From contig NW_013547021.1 in assembly GCF_000711695.1 (NCBI RefSeq), forward strand, positions 1 through 64,000: DNA of 64,000 nt. The letters are read 5' to 3'. How positions within the stretch are numbered: position 1 is the first letter of the stretch; every line of letters starts with the position of its first letter. The notes below the pieces were generated by a model, which was not told the origin of the DNA, searched no databases, and saw only the letters and a list, made by a program, of their open reading frames with translations. Position numbers and translations under genes: made by a program. The stretch comes from Tilletiaria anomala UBC 951. Lineage: Eukaryota. Shown here in pieces: positions 12,601-24,899 of the stretch.

Positions 12601-13993
12601 GCGACCTGTGCAGCGGGATCGCCGTCAGGGTCGTCGCCCCATTGCCAACCAGCAAGTGTCATCCGCCCATCCTCTGCGCCACGACGCTCAGATCCCCGCT
12701 CCGTAGGGTATCGGTCTGTATACGCGCCTCCGCGCCGTGCGCTGCTGTCAGAATAGCCGACACGCATCGAGCGTGAAGCACTAGAAGGCGTCGCGTCCCA
12801 GGCACGACCACGAAGGGAGCTGGTTGTCGATGGGATGTCCCCGTCTCTGTCCCTGCTGTGTGAAAGCTGTGGTGTGGAGTCCCAGCTTCGCTCGGGGAGC
12901 GATGCAGCCGAGCGTTGGCTGGCATCTGCCCATCCGTCCCGGGCACTGCCTCCTGTATGTTGCGCCTGACCACGAGGGTCGTCAAAGGAGCGTTGCCTGC
13001 CTTCCCGCTGCTCTCGATCACGTGCTTGGCGCTCCTGCCACGCGTCTCTCCTCTCCTGCCTCTGCTCCATGTCCCGGTTGAGCCGCTGCCTGAACTCTGA
13101 GAAGCCTCCTCTCGCATCCTCATCAGCTTGCCTTCCCCCACTTCCACCACGGTCCCTCCCGCCATCCTGCGCAGCAAAACTTCCCACCGCTAGTCTCGCC
13201 CCTCTTCGCTGGGCTAAACGCTGTCGGGCCACTTCTGAGAGCCCTCCGCCAACTGGTCCGGGAGTCTCATCTCCTCGCTGACGACGCTGCAAGCAGCTCG
13301 AGGATGCAGACGAACGATCATTAGCGCCTTCCGCGGAGGAAGAGTACGAGTGCTCATGTTCGTCTCGGCGAGCGGGGGGTCGGGCGGGTACTTTGAAGAG
13401 CGGCTGCTCGTCTCCGTTAGGTTGACCACCATTTTGACGAGGCGTTGGGGGTGGCAAAGCCTCGACCTTGGATTTCTTCCTGGCCGGTTCCACCTCGCCG
13501 CGTTCTTGCCGCCTTTGCTCTGCGAGTGCTTGCAGGCCTAGGCTCGAGCCTGCGCTTGAGGAGCGAAAGACGTGTTTCTGACGGCAGACAAGAAACTTTA
13601 GCAAGTCCATCGAGAGAAGCAGTAGCGTACCGACTACCGACTCACCTGTCCTTCTGCAGTTTGCAGTCCTGCTCGCTTTAACGTTGGTACATCGAGCCTG
13701 TCCGAACCATGCGCCCCTACTGCATCCACATCCTTTGAATCAGCTGCGCCTCCATTCTGTAGCGAAGCTGATGATGGAATATCCTTGCTACTGAGAACAA
13801 TATTCCTGATGGCTTTCAGGAATTCGTGATCGAATTTGCCAAAGCCACTGGCGGCACGAATAAATGTTGCCTCACCGGGCTGACTGCGCGCGATGGTGAT
13901 TATGTTGTTTGCAAGGATATGGGCATTCGTCTCCGGCAGGCCGAGCGCTCCGGCCAAACGCGTAGCGATGTCGGATTGGAGGTTGCTCGCCAT
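9663..13993 (-). CDS. PRP16: Pre-mRNA splicing DEAH-box helicase Prp16/DHX38; 4 exons
   Basis: [35 protein letters not shown] (in a small exon at ~11341-11402), QRSGRAGR; Prp16-typical DREWY and [19 protein letters not shown] motifs. Confidence 0.96.
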
Positions 13994-15294
13994 GATGGAG
14001 ACGTAGAGGGGAAACTGTATCCTGTCCTTATCCTCGATAGTTGATCGCAACAAGTGATGATAGATGGGCTTGCTTCCAGCGCGGCACGATGATGCTATCG
14101 TGTATCGCGTCAGAAATCCTGGACTCCGTAACGTCGCATCCGCGCCTCTTACTCCAACCAACAGCCCAAAAAGCCGCGCAGGAAGACTCGACGCGGCTTT
14201 CGAAAGCTAGTGATCTGCTGCAGAAAGGGACTTTGTGCGGATGGCATCGACCCCTTCACACCTTTTCTCCTTCAGATGCTCGATCCCACGCGATCCAAAG
14301 CAAAGCAAAGCATTCAATTCTCCACTCCGTAGTAGAGATGAGATCCATGGGAGACTATAGACCCAGGTTCCGTGACACGGAATTCGTAAATCCAAAAATA
14401 TAGAAAGCGTAGAATGTTGCTGAGCTAAACTGATATCGTTCGAGTAGGGGTTCGACCGCCAACCATCTCACTCTCCGAGTCGCCGCTCGAGAGTCCGCAG
14501 TAGAACGAGGCCGTGTTGGTTGGGGCGCGCTGGTTTATTCTCTCATGCATGGTGATGCAACAATAGAGGATGTGCCGTGTGCACGTTATAGCCGCTTTTT
14601 GGACGCCCGCTGAGGCGCAAGCGGGCTCCAAAGGCTGGGGGTTTCTCATCCAGGTCAATCCTGGCGGGGGCCTAGTAATCTGGATGTAGAACGAGTCGAC
14701 GACGCCTTAGAGCCACCTTCCCGCACAAGAGTCAGGGGTGGTGATTATACTTTTTTGCCCCATCGCGGATAGACTTTTGGATAACCAGAGTGACGCGCGG
14801 GTCCGGCCCTGCCGGAAGCGAGCGAAAGGGAGATACAAAGAAACGATTTCCGCTCGCTCACATTCTACGCTGACGCAGCGGTGAGTCGCACAGCCACAGC
14901 CTTGTATTCTCGAAACCATCTCCATCCAGCATCGAGCAGCGATCGTAGGCCCGATCACCAACTCATCCTCTAATCTCCCATTGACCCCTAGCCAACTGCA
15001 GCGCGACAAACTCAAGAAGAAGGGGCCGTTTCTCAATTACGGCACATTGAAAATCATACCACAGAAAGGAAAAGCGGAGAAAGGTGAATGATTCCATCCC
15101 TCCATTCCGTGCAGCTCTCGTCAACTTCTGTCATTCGCTTTGCTTCGACGTTTGGTCGAATCGCGGTTTCCCCTTGTCGGACAGTTTCACTCAAGGTCAC
15201 ACAGCGCGTGCTGCTCTCTACACTTGCACAGGCCGAATCACAACCGCACTCTTGCCAGCGCCTGTCGCGTCTCCAAGTTTCCGTACACGCAACC

Positions 15295-16375
15295 ATGACG
15301 ACGTCATCTATAGTACCATCATCATCGGCAGCGGCAGGAGTGGCAGCGACAGAGGCTTCCGGCTCTGGGGCTGGGAGACGCCAAAAATTACCGAAATTGG
15401 AGTCGATTGAAGCTGCTAAGCGCGCAGCGGCGTATGCTGCGGTAGACCGTCATGTCAAACCATCTCACAAGATCATTGGCATCGGGAGTGGTGAGTTCCT
15501 TGATCAAGTCACTCGAATGATTAGGAGTATATCTCGCAATTGTCACATCCATAGCGAAAACTGACGCGACTCGGGACTTTTCACAGGCTCAACAGTGCCC
15601 TATGTTGTCGAGCGCATCATCCAACAAGGCCCGGAGGTGAATGCCAAACGCTGGTTCGTACCAACCGGCTTTCAAAGCAAGGAGTTGATCGTCCAGGCTG
15701 GTAAGTTTTGGTGCACACGAAGCGCGCATGACCTCGGTCGACGAGTAACTTCAAAGCCGACTACTCACCTCTTACTTCTGCTTGTTGACAGGCCTTAACC
15801 TTGGCGACGTCGACTGCTTCCCGACGATCGATGTGACCATCGACGGCGCGGACGAGGTGGACAATTGCTTGAACGCAATCAAAGGCGGTGGTGCTTGCCA
15901 TCTGCGGGAAAAAGTGCTAGCGGAAGCAGCGACGGAGTTTGTAATTGTTGCCGACTACCGCAAGAACTCCAATATCCTCGGTTCAGCGTGGACGCAAGGC
16001 GTGCCCATCGCCGTCATACCCTTTTCCTATGCCAAAGTCATGCGCGATCTCAAGAAGCTCGGTAGCACCAACGCGCAGCTGCGCATGGGAAAGATGAAAG
16101 CCGGCCCAGTCGTCACCGACGACTCATGTTTCATCATCGATGCAGTCTTCAGCCCGGCGGTGATGAAGGATCCGCAGGAGCTGTTTATTCGCATCAAGAT
16201 GCTCGTCGGCGTCGCCGAGGTCGGTATTTTTGCGGGCATGGCAAAGGCTGCGTACTTTGGCAATGCTGACGGCACCATCACCACCAAGATGTCCGATGGC
16301 AAGGTCGAGGAGGGCGTCCGCTTTGATGTCGAGCAGCTTCCGCCCCTTGCCGATGCAGTCACGGAGACTTCATGA
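15295..16375 (+). CDS. RKI1: Ribose-5-phosphate isomerase A; 3 exons; possible upstream in-frame start at 15088
   Basis: IEAAKRAAAY.AV, IGIGSGSTV (across intron 1), TGFQS, IDGADEVD, IKGGGAC..REK, KAGPVVTD, GVAEVGIF. Confidence 0.95.
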
Positions 16376-16632
16376 TGCATGCAAAGACCTTAGATACGTG
16401 CACATTCATTTGGACATCTTCCGACCCGTTCTCCGAGGGCCTTAGACAATCTGTACCAATATAGCAAGCCAAACCAGATCCCGTGTTGAGATTCGACTCT
16501 GTACGTCCTTAGAATTGAGCATTGGGTGGATCAAGTCGTTGGGTAATGATAAGATACATAAAAGCGGACACGGGGAGGGGCTAGATGCAGCAAAACAATA
16601 GGCAAGGCACCGCTCCCATCGAGCTCAGCTCC

Positions 16633-18280
16633 TTAGAGGGTAGTCTGTCCAAGCAGGTACTGGACCAATTTGAACCCGGCCGGCGGGTCATACTCTGGCA
16701 CCTCGTGGCCAGCCTTCTCGACGAGCGCGTACAACAAGCCGCGCTCCTTGGTGTACCAGCCGCTGGCATCGCCATCGCTGTTGATCAGCGTTGTCGCAAA
16801 TGGCGACTTGGAGAATCCCTGTCCGCCGTTCCAAGTGAGATTCTGCAGCGCCAGACTCGTGCCGTTAGAGATGATCAGCCCGTCCTTCTGGCCATTGATG
16901 ATGACCGTGCGCTGCGCCGGCGACTTCTCGATCACCTTCTGCAGCACACCGTTGGTGTCCGGCGCAGGGCTGTGGTCACCATTCGGGAAGACGCCCTGGT
17001 TGCAAACGTTCCACTTCTTGTGCGGCGCGTGGATATAGTTCTGCAGGTCGTAGTTGTCATAGAAGGTGCGGTTGAGGAACTGCGTGGGCGAATTGGCGTC
17101 TCCAAGCACGTTGGGAGGGTGCGCTGTATCATCCACCTTGTAGATGTTGAACGCGGGGTTTTTTGACGATGCAATGTTGTAGTAATCGTTGAAGGTGTTG
17201 CAGCCATCCTCGTTGTATGGCGGGAGCTTGCCTTTGGGTGGGTATTTGAGGTTGTCGTTGACGTAGTCGATGTAGCCACACGATTCTGCGTCCTTGCGGA
17301 TCGTCTCGACGTCCGCGTCGGTGAACTTGAGAATCTCCTTGTTGGCCTCCACGAACTGGTACGTCACGACGTCCTCTTGCAAGAGGATGTCCGTGACGAC
17401 ACCGTCGACGACTAGCAGACCATGGAAGTTGTACTTGGACCCCTGATCGATCAGGTAGTTGGAGATGTACGGTCCGTACCGCCCGCCGTAGGACTCTGCA
17501 GCAATGTACAGTTTCTTGGCCTTCAGTTCAGGGAATATGCTGAAGAAACTGTCGAGGAAGGCACCGAAGGCCACTCCGACATCGTTCTCGTCGTACGCCG
17601 TCGGGATGCCGTTGTCGAATCCGACACCCAATGGCTGTTCTGGGAAGACCATGTCGGCCGCGAGAGTCCATGAGTAATTGTTCGGCGTGGGTGTGTCGCC
17701 TTTGTAGTTATACGTGATCGGACCAACCTCCTGAAGGAGGCCACTCAAGCTGCTGCCTGTCATCCACAAGCGTGGATTTGGAGAAACATGTCAGTCCATA
17801 GCAGTCTTGATGTAGGAGAGGTTGTCCAGTGTACTCACACCCTGGACCGCCTTGGATCCAGAAAACGATCGAATCGGAAGGAGTCTTGGCATCGCCACCC
17901 TCATAGCCGAACATCCAGAAGAAGTAGCTGTCGAGGCTCGCCCCTGCGACAGGGTTCAGCGGGACTTCGCCAGCCCATGACGTCCTTGTCTTGAATGGGA
18001 TGCCAGGGAGCTGGTTTCCAACCTGGTACGTGGCAGCCTGTGCGCCGGCAAACGACAGTGTGGAGTTGCAGTCCGTTGTGCAGGCCGTTGGGCCAGCGAG
18101 AACAGATCCGGAGGTAGCGGCAGCGACGGTCTCGACGGTCTGTGGAGACCTGTACCCGATGGACTTGAGAACGCCCAGTGGTATCTTCTGGGCCTGATTG
18201 GATGCACGCTCCTCCAGAGGGGCAGCAAAGGTGGCGGCGGCAAGGAATGGAAGGAGATATGGGACAAGCATCTTGCACAT
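16633..18280 (-). CDS. Secreted serine carboxypeptidase, family S10; 1 intron
   Basis: Signal peptide MLVPYLLPFLAAATFA; WIQGGPGCSSL across the intron; EQPLGVGF; catalytic AESYGG; GQKDGLI; AGHEVPEY. Frame is open throughout. Confidence 0.93.
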
Positions 18281-19947
18281 TCAACCTACTTGTGCTTGCC
18301 ACGAAAGGTGCAGGGAAGTGATGGATGGTGGCCAGAGGGCTTTAGAACGGGGGAGGACGAAAGCGGGAATATGGTGTGGGGGTTCGATATGCGGTTTATA
18401 TATCCACAGAACACGCACAGACCTTGTTGTACTCGGACATGCACTTCTGCTGCGTGTTCGATTGCCGTTTTCCACCGTCGGCAAGCTGACCATCACGTAT
18501 ACAGGATAGGATCCAGGCCGGTTGGACGATAATAAATGAACTCGAGAGAGCACAGAATCTGCGACTCCTCTCACGAGGCTCTCGGTTGCGCATGATTGTG
18601 CCGCGTGCAGATTGACCTTGGTGCATACTCGTACATTGCAGTTCATGTTGCTTGTAGAAGACGATTGCCGGTTCGCGATATCACTGCTGGCTCCGCCATA
18701 CCGCCCACAAGATATCTATGTATGTGTAGCTGACACTCGACTCGAGCAAAGAAGCAGTCTAGCGACAAGCTTTGGGGGGGTTGATGGGATCGGCGCTAAA
18801 ACGAAAAAAGGAACATCCGTGGCTCATTCAATCCGGGCGCGCACCTGCACAGTGAATATATGCTTATAAGTACAAGGTGAATGCGCCCACGCGGGCCGAC
18901 GGCGATCACCTTCCAATGAAATGAAACACTCTGGCGTTTTCCCCATAAAATTGACTTGAATCAGGCGTTGCACTCAGTGTATCCATAATCTTTTTTCCTA
19001 CACCGGCACCTGCGAAGGCGACCGCGTGGAGGGAGGCACCGCAGGGCATTGCAGTGCACCCTAGCGTAATTCGATTGTGCAGCAAGGCGCAGCGCCGCAG
19101 TCAGCACTCAGCATTCAGCCGTCAGCACCTTGTCCGTAATAGGTAATGAGCAGGTCCGCGTGTCCCGACAGGTTCGACAGCGTTCCATGCTTGACACCCG
19201 ACAATACATCGCCGGACATAGCTCTCCGCTCTCGATATGTAGCCGCTCCCCTCCCCAGCTGCAAGAAAGTCAGAAAAGCATGGTACGAACTGCGCAGTGA
19301 TGATGTAGGAGGATGAAAGCAGTGAGAACGAATCCGAAGAAATATGCAGTGATGAAGTGGGGAAGAATGCTTTAAGGCTGCACTCGTCGGTCCACCAGTG
19401 AGCTACAGCGAGGCGCGTGCGCCGTGCGGCCATGTGGGATTCTTGCAGGACTCTCCGCCGCTAGACCTTCTTGCACGATGCATGACGCATTGCTGCGTCG
19501 GACATACTCAGCTGCTCGTCGCTCCTCCGGCGCCCAAGAGTCCAGGAGTCCATGTCTAAATAGCTAGCAGATAGTTCGAATCCAGCGCCAGCGTGGTCTA
19601 GCGCGGCCCCCTACAGCACACTGTTGAAGCTAGTGAAACCTTGTATAAAATGCGCGGTTGTGACCGATGAGCACTGGAAGAGGCACTGAATGCACCTTGT
19701 CAACCCTAATGAAAGTGGTTCAACCCTTGACCATGTCCTCCACCGAGTCAACGACTCAACGCTCAGCGCTCACAACTCTCAGTATCCTCTTAACATCGAT
19801 CGGTCGTCTCTTCCTTCTCTGTGGGCCAAAGCATCTGTGTGTCTGCCTGCAAATAATTTGAAGGAGAAGTTCCCGCGCATATATAAAAATAAATACACGA
19901 ATGTCGATGAGAAGGGGCGCACACCTATGAGAGGGTGCTCGCCTGGC

Positions 19948-21870
19948 TTATAAGATCCTCGCGCATCCTGAGTGCGCCAGCCCTGGCGTACTGCGGGATA
20001 CCTGTGCACTGATCACAAATGCGGTGACGTTAGCAGCGATTGGAAGAGACTGCCATTCAATCAAGCCTCTGTTCACCGTGACCAGCATTGTAGAATTCGG
20101 GCGTAGGCCAGGTTCTTCTCCGCCACCCACTTACCTGCCACCTGACCGTCGGCTTCGACCAGGGACAATGTCGGAAGCGTTCTGAAGCTTTGATTGCCAT
20201 TAGAGACCATGCTTTGTATCGTGAGCGCGGTTCCCTGCGGAATAGTAGAGCAGCATGTAGCAAAGGTTGAAATCATGGTAAAGCTGAGTCAGTATGTACC
20301 GTGCCTCTTTGCCGCTGATACAAGCATGGCCAAGGAAGTGTAACCTCGCGTTGGTATTAATGACAGCGTCCACGTCGCCGCTTGATATGACCATGAATGT
20401 GGAGGCCTCCACGATCTGCTGGAGCACTCCGTTACTGTCACAAGGGGCGGGCCCATCGCCATTCCAGAAGACACCTGAGTTGCAGAGATGCCACTTGCAA
20501 CAGGCAAGCTAGCGCAAGAGTTCAAAAAGCCATACCGTCAGCCACAAATGCGCAAAGAAGAAACAGCAACAGATCGCTGCATTGCACGTAATAGCTCCTT
20601 ACTACTCATTGGGGGAATGTATGTCTTTCTGCACCGTGCTGTTCTCAAAGAAAGTTGCCTGGCTTACCTGCTTGGGGTCTTTGGGATCTCCGAGCATATT
20701 GGCGGGCGTCGGGCACCAGTCCGGGATGTGGTAGAAGTTGAAACAGGAAATCCTGTGTGAAACATGATCAAATGGGGTGCGTATTAGCTGAATATGGCTA
20801 ATAGTACGAGCCTCCAGCGACGCTAAGACTGAAATGTTGGCTGTCAGGATCTAAACCTCATTTCAAGGAGAATAGCTGCGCTCAACTCGGGTTCTTGAAG
20901 TATTTGTCCGTGAAGCCGAGGCTGCAGCATTGGCTGAGGTAGCGCTTGAGGGTGGACAAGTCCGAGCTTGTCAAACCTAACGTCTTAGCATACTTGACAC
21001 CGTACTCGTTAGCGACAGCAACCTCTTCCAGGTTGCGAGCGGTAAATGTAGCATCAGCCATGCTTATGCCCTTGAGGTTGTGCGTTTTCCTATTCTAGAT
21101 TTGGTATTGTGAAATGTACGGAATGTACATGTCTACCGAGCGACGCAAGAATGTCGACCACCCATTTTCACTGCAACACCATCACCACGTGTGTGAAAGT
21201 GAATGGCAACTCACCGGCGTAAAATTCTCCAGTAATATCCAGGTTCTTGTGCTCGACCTCAGAGAAGATGATAATGAAGTTGCCCAGGAAGCCAGCGAGC
21301 TGTGATGCGACATACGTCCCATCTTGAGTCGTCTCCGTGCCCTGCGTGAAATCCATGCCAAAGGGCTTTGCAATCTTGTGTCACTCTGTTACGCACTCGG
21401 GGTTTCACGACACTGTTCTCGAAAATTGCACACTCAACTGCTCAACGTAAAGAATGTTGACCGCTCTGGCCCAGCTGTGCGGATTCACCCTAGGCGTATC
21501 GCCCTTGTCTACATAACTCACTAGGCCATTTTCTTTGAGGAGACCATCGAGTGAGTTGCAAATTCACATGATGAAAGGGTTGATCAGGATCACTGTGCCA
21601 GCTATGCAGGAAACCAACGTGCCGCCACTCACGAGGCACCTGGTATGCTGTTCATCCAGACGACAAGGTCATCCGACGGCGTCTCGGCACGCCAAAGCCA
21701 GAAGTACAGCAATGGAAACGACGAGGAGCTGATCGGAACTTTACCAGGCCACTGGTTGCAGACTAGGAAGCTAGGCGAGTTTGTTCTGGACAGCATATTT
21801 CCGAGCGGCAGCGCCAGAGAACGAGAGGGTGATTTTGCACTGCGAGAAGCAGCATGCGGACACAAGCGTT
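19948..21870 (-). pseudogene. Decayed tandem paralogue of the S10 serine carboxypeptidase
   Basis: Fragments FWLWRAETPSDDLVVWMNSIPG, CNSLDGLLKENG, NPHSWARAVNILYVEQ, FTQGT..VASQLAGFLGNF..ITGEFYAG (catalytic Ser replaced by Phe, TTT at 21222-21224), WHLCNSGVFWNGDGPAP..NGVLQQIVE, GDVDAVI, IPQYA. No continuous ORF. Confidence 0.85.
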
Positions 21871-22305
21871 TATGAGTGTCGCGTGTCAGCTAGCATCGGT
21901 AGCGGCGGCGGTCGCAGCGAACAAGTGACCGTACTTGGTACACAGCTCTTGCATCTTGGCGAACATGTTGAGCGCTTTCGTGCCATCGTCGCGGTGGGCC
22001 GGAGTGTCCGGCCGGCCGACATTCACGCTAGCCGACAGGAAACCGACACCACAAGGATACCATTACATAGTGCACATGTGTGTGCTTTCTCTCACCCTTT
22101 CAAAATACAACGAGTTCCAGCTTTTCTAACATGGACGGCGGACAATGGAAAGCCTGGAGCCAACCTCCTTTAACGCGTCTTCCAGTTTAACCTTCTTATC
22201 GATGACAGAAACAAGGCTGTCCTCTCTTTATTAGCCAGCTCTTCAATACGTACTTTCTACCCACACATGTGCCTCATACCTCCACAGATCACGAAGAAAG
22301 CATCC

Positions 22306-22326
22306 AGAGAGAGAGAGAGAGAGAGA
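22306..22326. repeat. (AG)10 microsatellite
   Basis: agagagagagagagagagaga read directly. Confidence 0.9.
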
Positions 22327-24899
22327 CGCACAGACGTGAAGGGAAGTGATGAAGGACGACGTGTGGCGCGTGAAGCATGGCGAACCATGTGGCCTCTCGA
22401 CTCTCGAGGGCATGCCCATTACCGTATGTACTGTGATTCAGGCCACAACAAGCCCAAAGATGCTAGTCCAATTGCCAGACCATTTTCTGCAGGAATATGT
22501 GCAATTCTCGCCGGGCTGGCGACGGAAGGCTAGCAGGGCCGGCAAAGTTTGTCCCAGGCGGTCCTGGGGGCCATCCATAGGCCAGACAGAGCCGGCCAGA
22601 GCAGGTCATGCCGCCATATCCTGTCAAGTGCCAAAGAAACTTAAAAGCCCCGGTACACATGTATCCTAATCTTGTCAAAAACCACTAGACCAGAAGCGTC
22701 GTGGGTAAGCTGAGCACTACCGAACTGATTTCACAGGCTCGCCTTTTCGACCAGACCAGATGACATGTACCCATGTGACATGTGACCCATGACAATGGGA
22801 TTGACGAATGGAGATGGATGGGTCTTCGATAGCTCCGGCGCTAAAGCCACCATCTCTACCTTTTTCCACATGCCGCACACCAGCACTCTCCTGTCGGCGA
22901 ATACTTATGTATGTATTTCTTACAGAACATATGAATCAGGAACGGACCATTCCATGTTGCGCAAACCGCGTTGCTCCTGCCTCCCCTTACATAGTCAAAT
23001 GTACGTAGGTACGTATCTATTTATTAACCCTACGACGATAGGACCCGACGAACGACCTGAGTCCATACGAGTGTGGCGTCTACTACATATAGTCGACATA
23101 GGATTGCTGAGTTTTAGCCCAACTCCAGGGATTCAGCCTGCATTATGGGCAACACTTCGCTCAAATCCCCGAGCCTTACAGGTGCATTGGCATTCTAATC
23201 CAGACCACTTTACACGCTACCACATGACTACCCCAGTACTGCATGTGCTTGCATTCACGAGTTACGTGTGTGTGCAGCCCTTCACAGGCCCAGTAGTGGG
23301 AATTACTTGACCGTAGACTCTGAGCAGCGGTGGCCTGATGAGGCAAGTTCGGAAACACACATTGACGCATGGCCATTCATCTCACGCATCACGGTTTAGA
23401 CTTTCTTCCAGAACTGAACCCAAAGCAGGCCATACCAAGAACATCGTGGGCATTTGAAAAGACCTGACGGTCTGCATGTCATACTTTCTTTTTTGTCCGG
23501 CTGCCGGGGTACCGCGCGTCCGCCTGAAGAGTGAATCCTTTTGAACCTGGGCTCTGTTGGGATAATGCAGCACTCTGCAGCCTCAACTTGACAACTGGGC
23601 CCAGCTGGATGCTGTCGCTGTGAAAATGTTGGACTTTGGAACGCTGATCAGCACAGGAGAGTCCAAACTTGAACTGGAAACTCATACCATACAGCAAACA
23701 CAGTTCTTCGGTTCTCGCGCTCATTGAGTTATTGCGCGAAGGCACGTGACCGCAACTCAACGGGTCAGCAAGAGCTGGTCGTACATAATTACACTTGCCA
23801 CAGGGAGTCAAGGAATCAGTACAGGCTGTCCCTATCTCCGAGATTTGAAATATGGTAACTGACGGTGCTACTTTGTACCCGCTAAGCATGGCGTCATTAT
23901 CTTTGAGGCTGACAATATGACATGCGATGGCGCTATCCACTTGTGCCCAGAAGCTGGGGCCCGCCTCCTGGTTCTTGTGGGTGGCCTTCCCGCCATTCGC
24001 TGAAAGATGGAAAACATGTTTATATCAGCACCGTTGTATGGTGATCAAAGTCACCCGCGTCACCAGCACTCGCTCAGACTACATCGCGAATAAGTAATAA
24101 GGGACCGTAATGTTGGTCGGACAATCGATGTGACGAGGTTACAGTAGATTTTCGTTCATTTCAAGAGACTAGAAGGTCAAGCGAGGATGCAAGGTCCCCC
24201 GCACGCCCGAAAAAAAACTCAACTCGGCATGAATTCGAGGTGACCGATGTATGGAAGGGTCAAAGTGAAAGAACGGATACTCAGAATGAAGGTGGGAAGA
24301 ATTTTGGGATGGCGGAAGAATGATTGTTCTATGGTGCAGCTATGCGGAGCGGGTATGTGTTCTCTGCACCTACAGTGAGCAGCGAGTGGGAGGGCGGTGA
24401 AGGTTGCGGAATGTCAGAAACGAGCGAGGTCAAGTTGGGCAGGTTTGGGACAACGGCGTACTGATCAAGAGGGAACCAAAACACACCAGCAGAAAGCGAA
24501 GGAGACGGCTGATCGAACAACACCAAAATGAGAAGTGTGGCGAACGTGTATGTGGAGTGGAGACATTGCGAAATTAGGGCACCCGTGATCTAGACTGACT
24601 GTAGCAAATTTGGACACAAATCGCGAGCGGACCGACCGGGCAAATACCGGAGCTGAGTAGAGTATAATCGAACATATAGATTCCGTTGAAGCCCTGGTTG
24701 AGTATGGCCGGGTATATTAAAATTGGGAACGGTCCAATTGCAGCCGAGTGTGGACGTGGAAAAGTGAAAGGTGTTGCTAAGGGAGCAGTAGCGCCACAGA
24801 CCATGTACCAGCGACATGATTCTCCATTAAATGTGGACCCTTGACTGCGCTTCAGCGCATCGCAATTTGCAGTACAATACGCTCCACGAGCATCAGGTG

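Noticed and set aside
11514..12776. 420-aa plus-strand ORF and an overlapping 310-aa ORF
   Set aside because: Antisense shadows of the GC-rich PRP16 coding sequence; no motifs.
19560..19610. gttcgaatcc B-box/T-loop-like motif
   Set aside because: No A box or cloverleaf stems could be folded around it; not called as tRNA.
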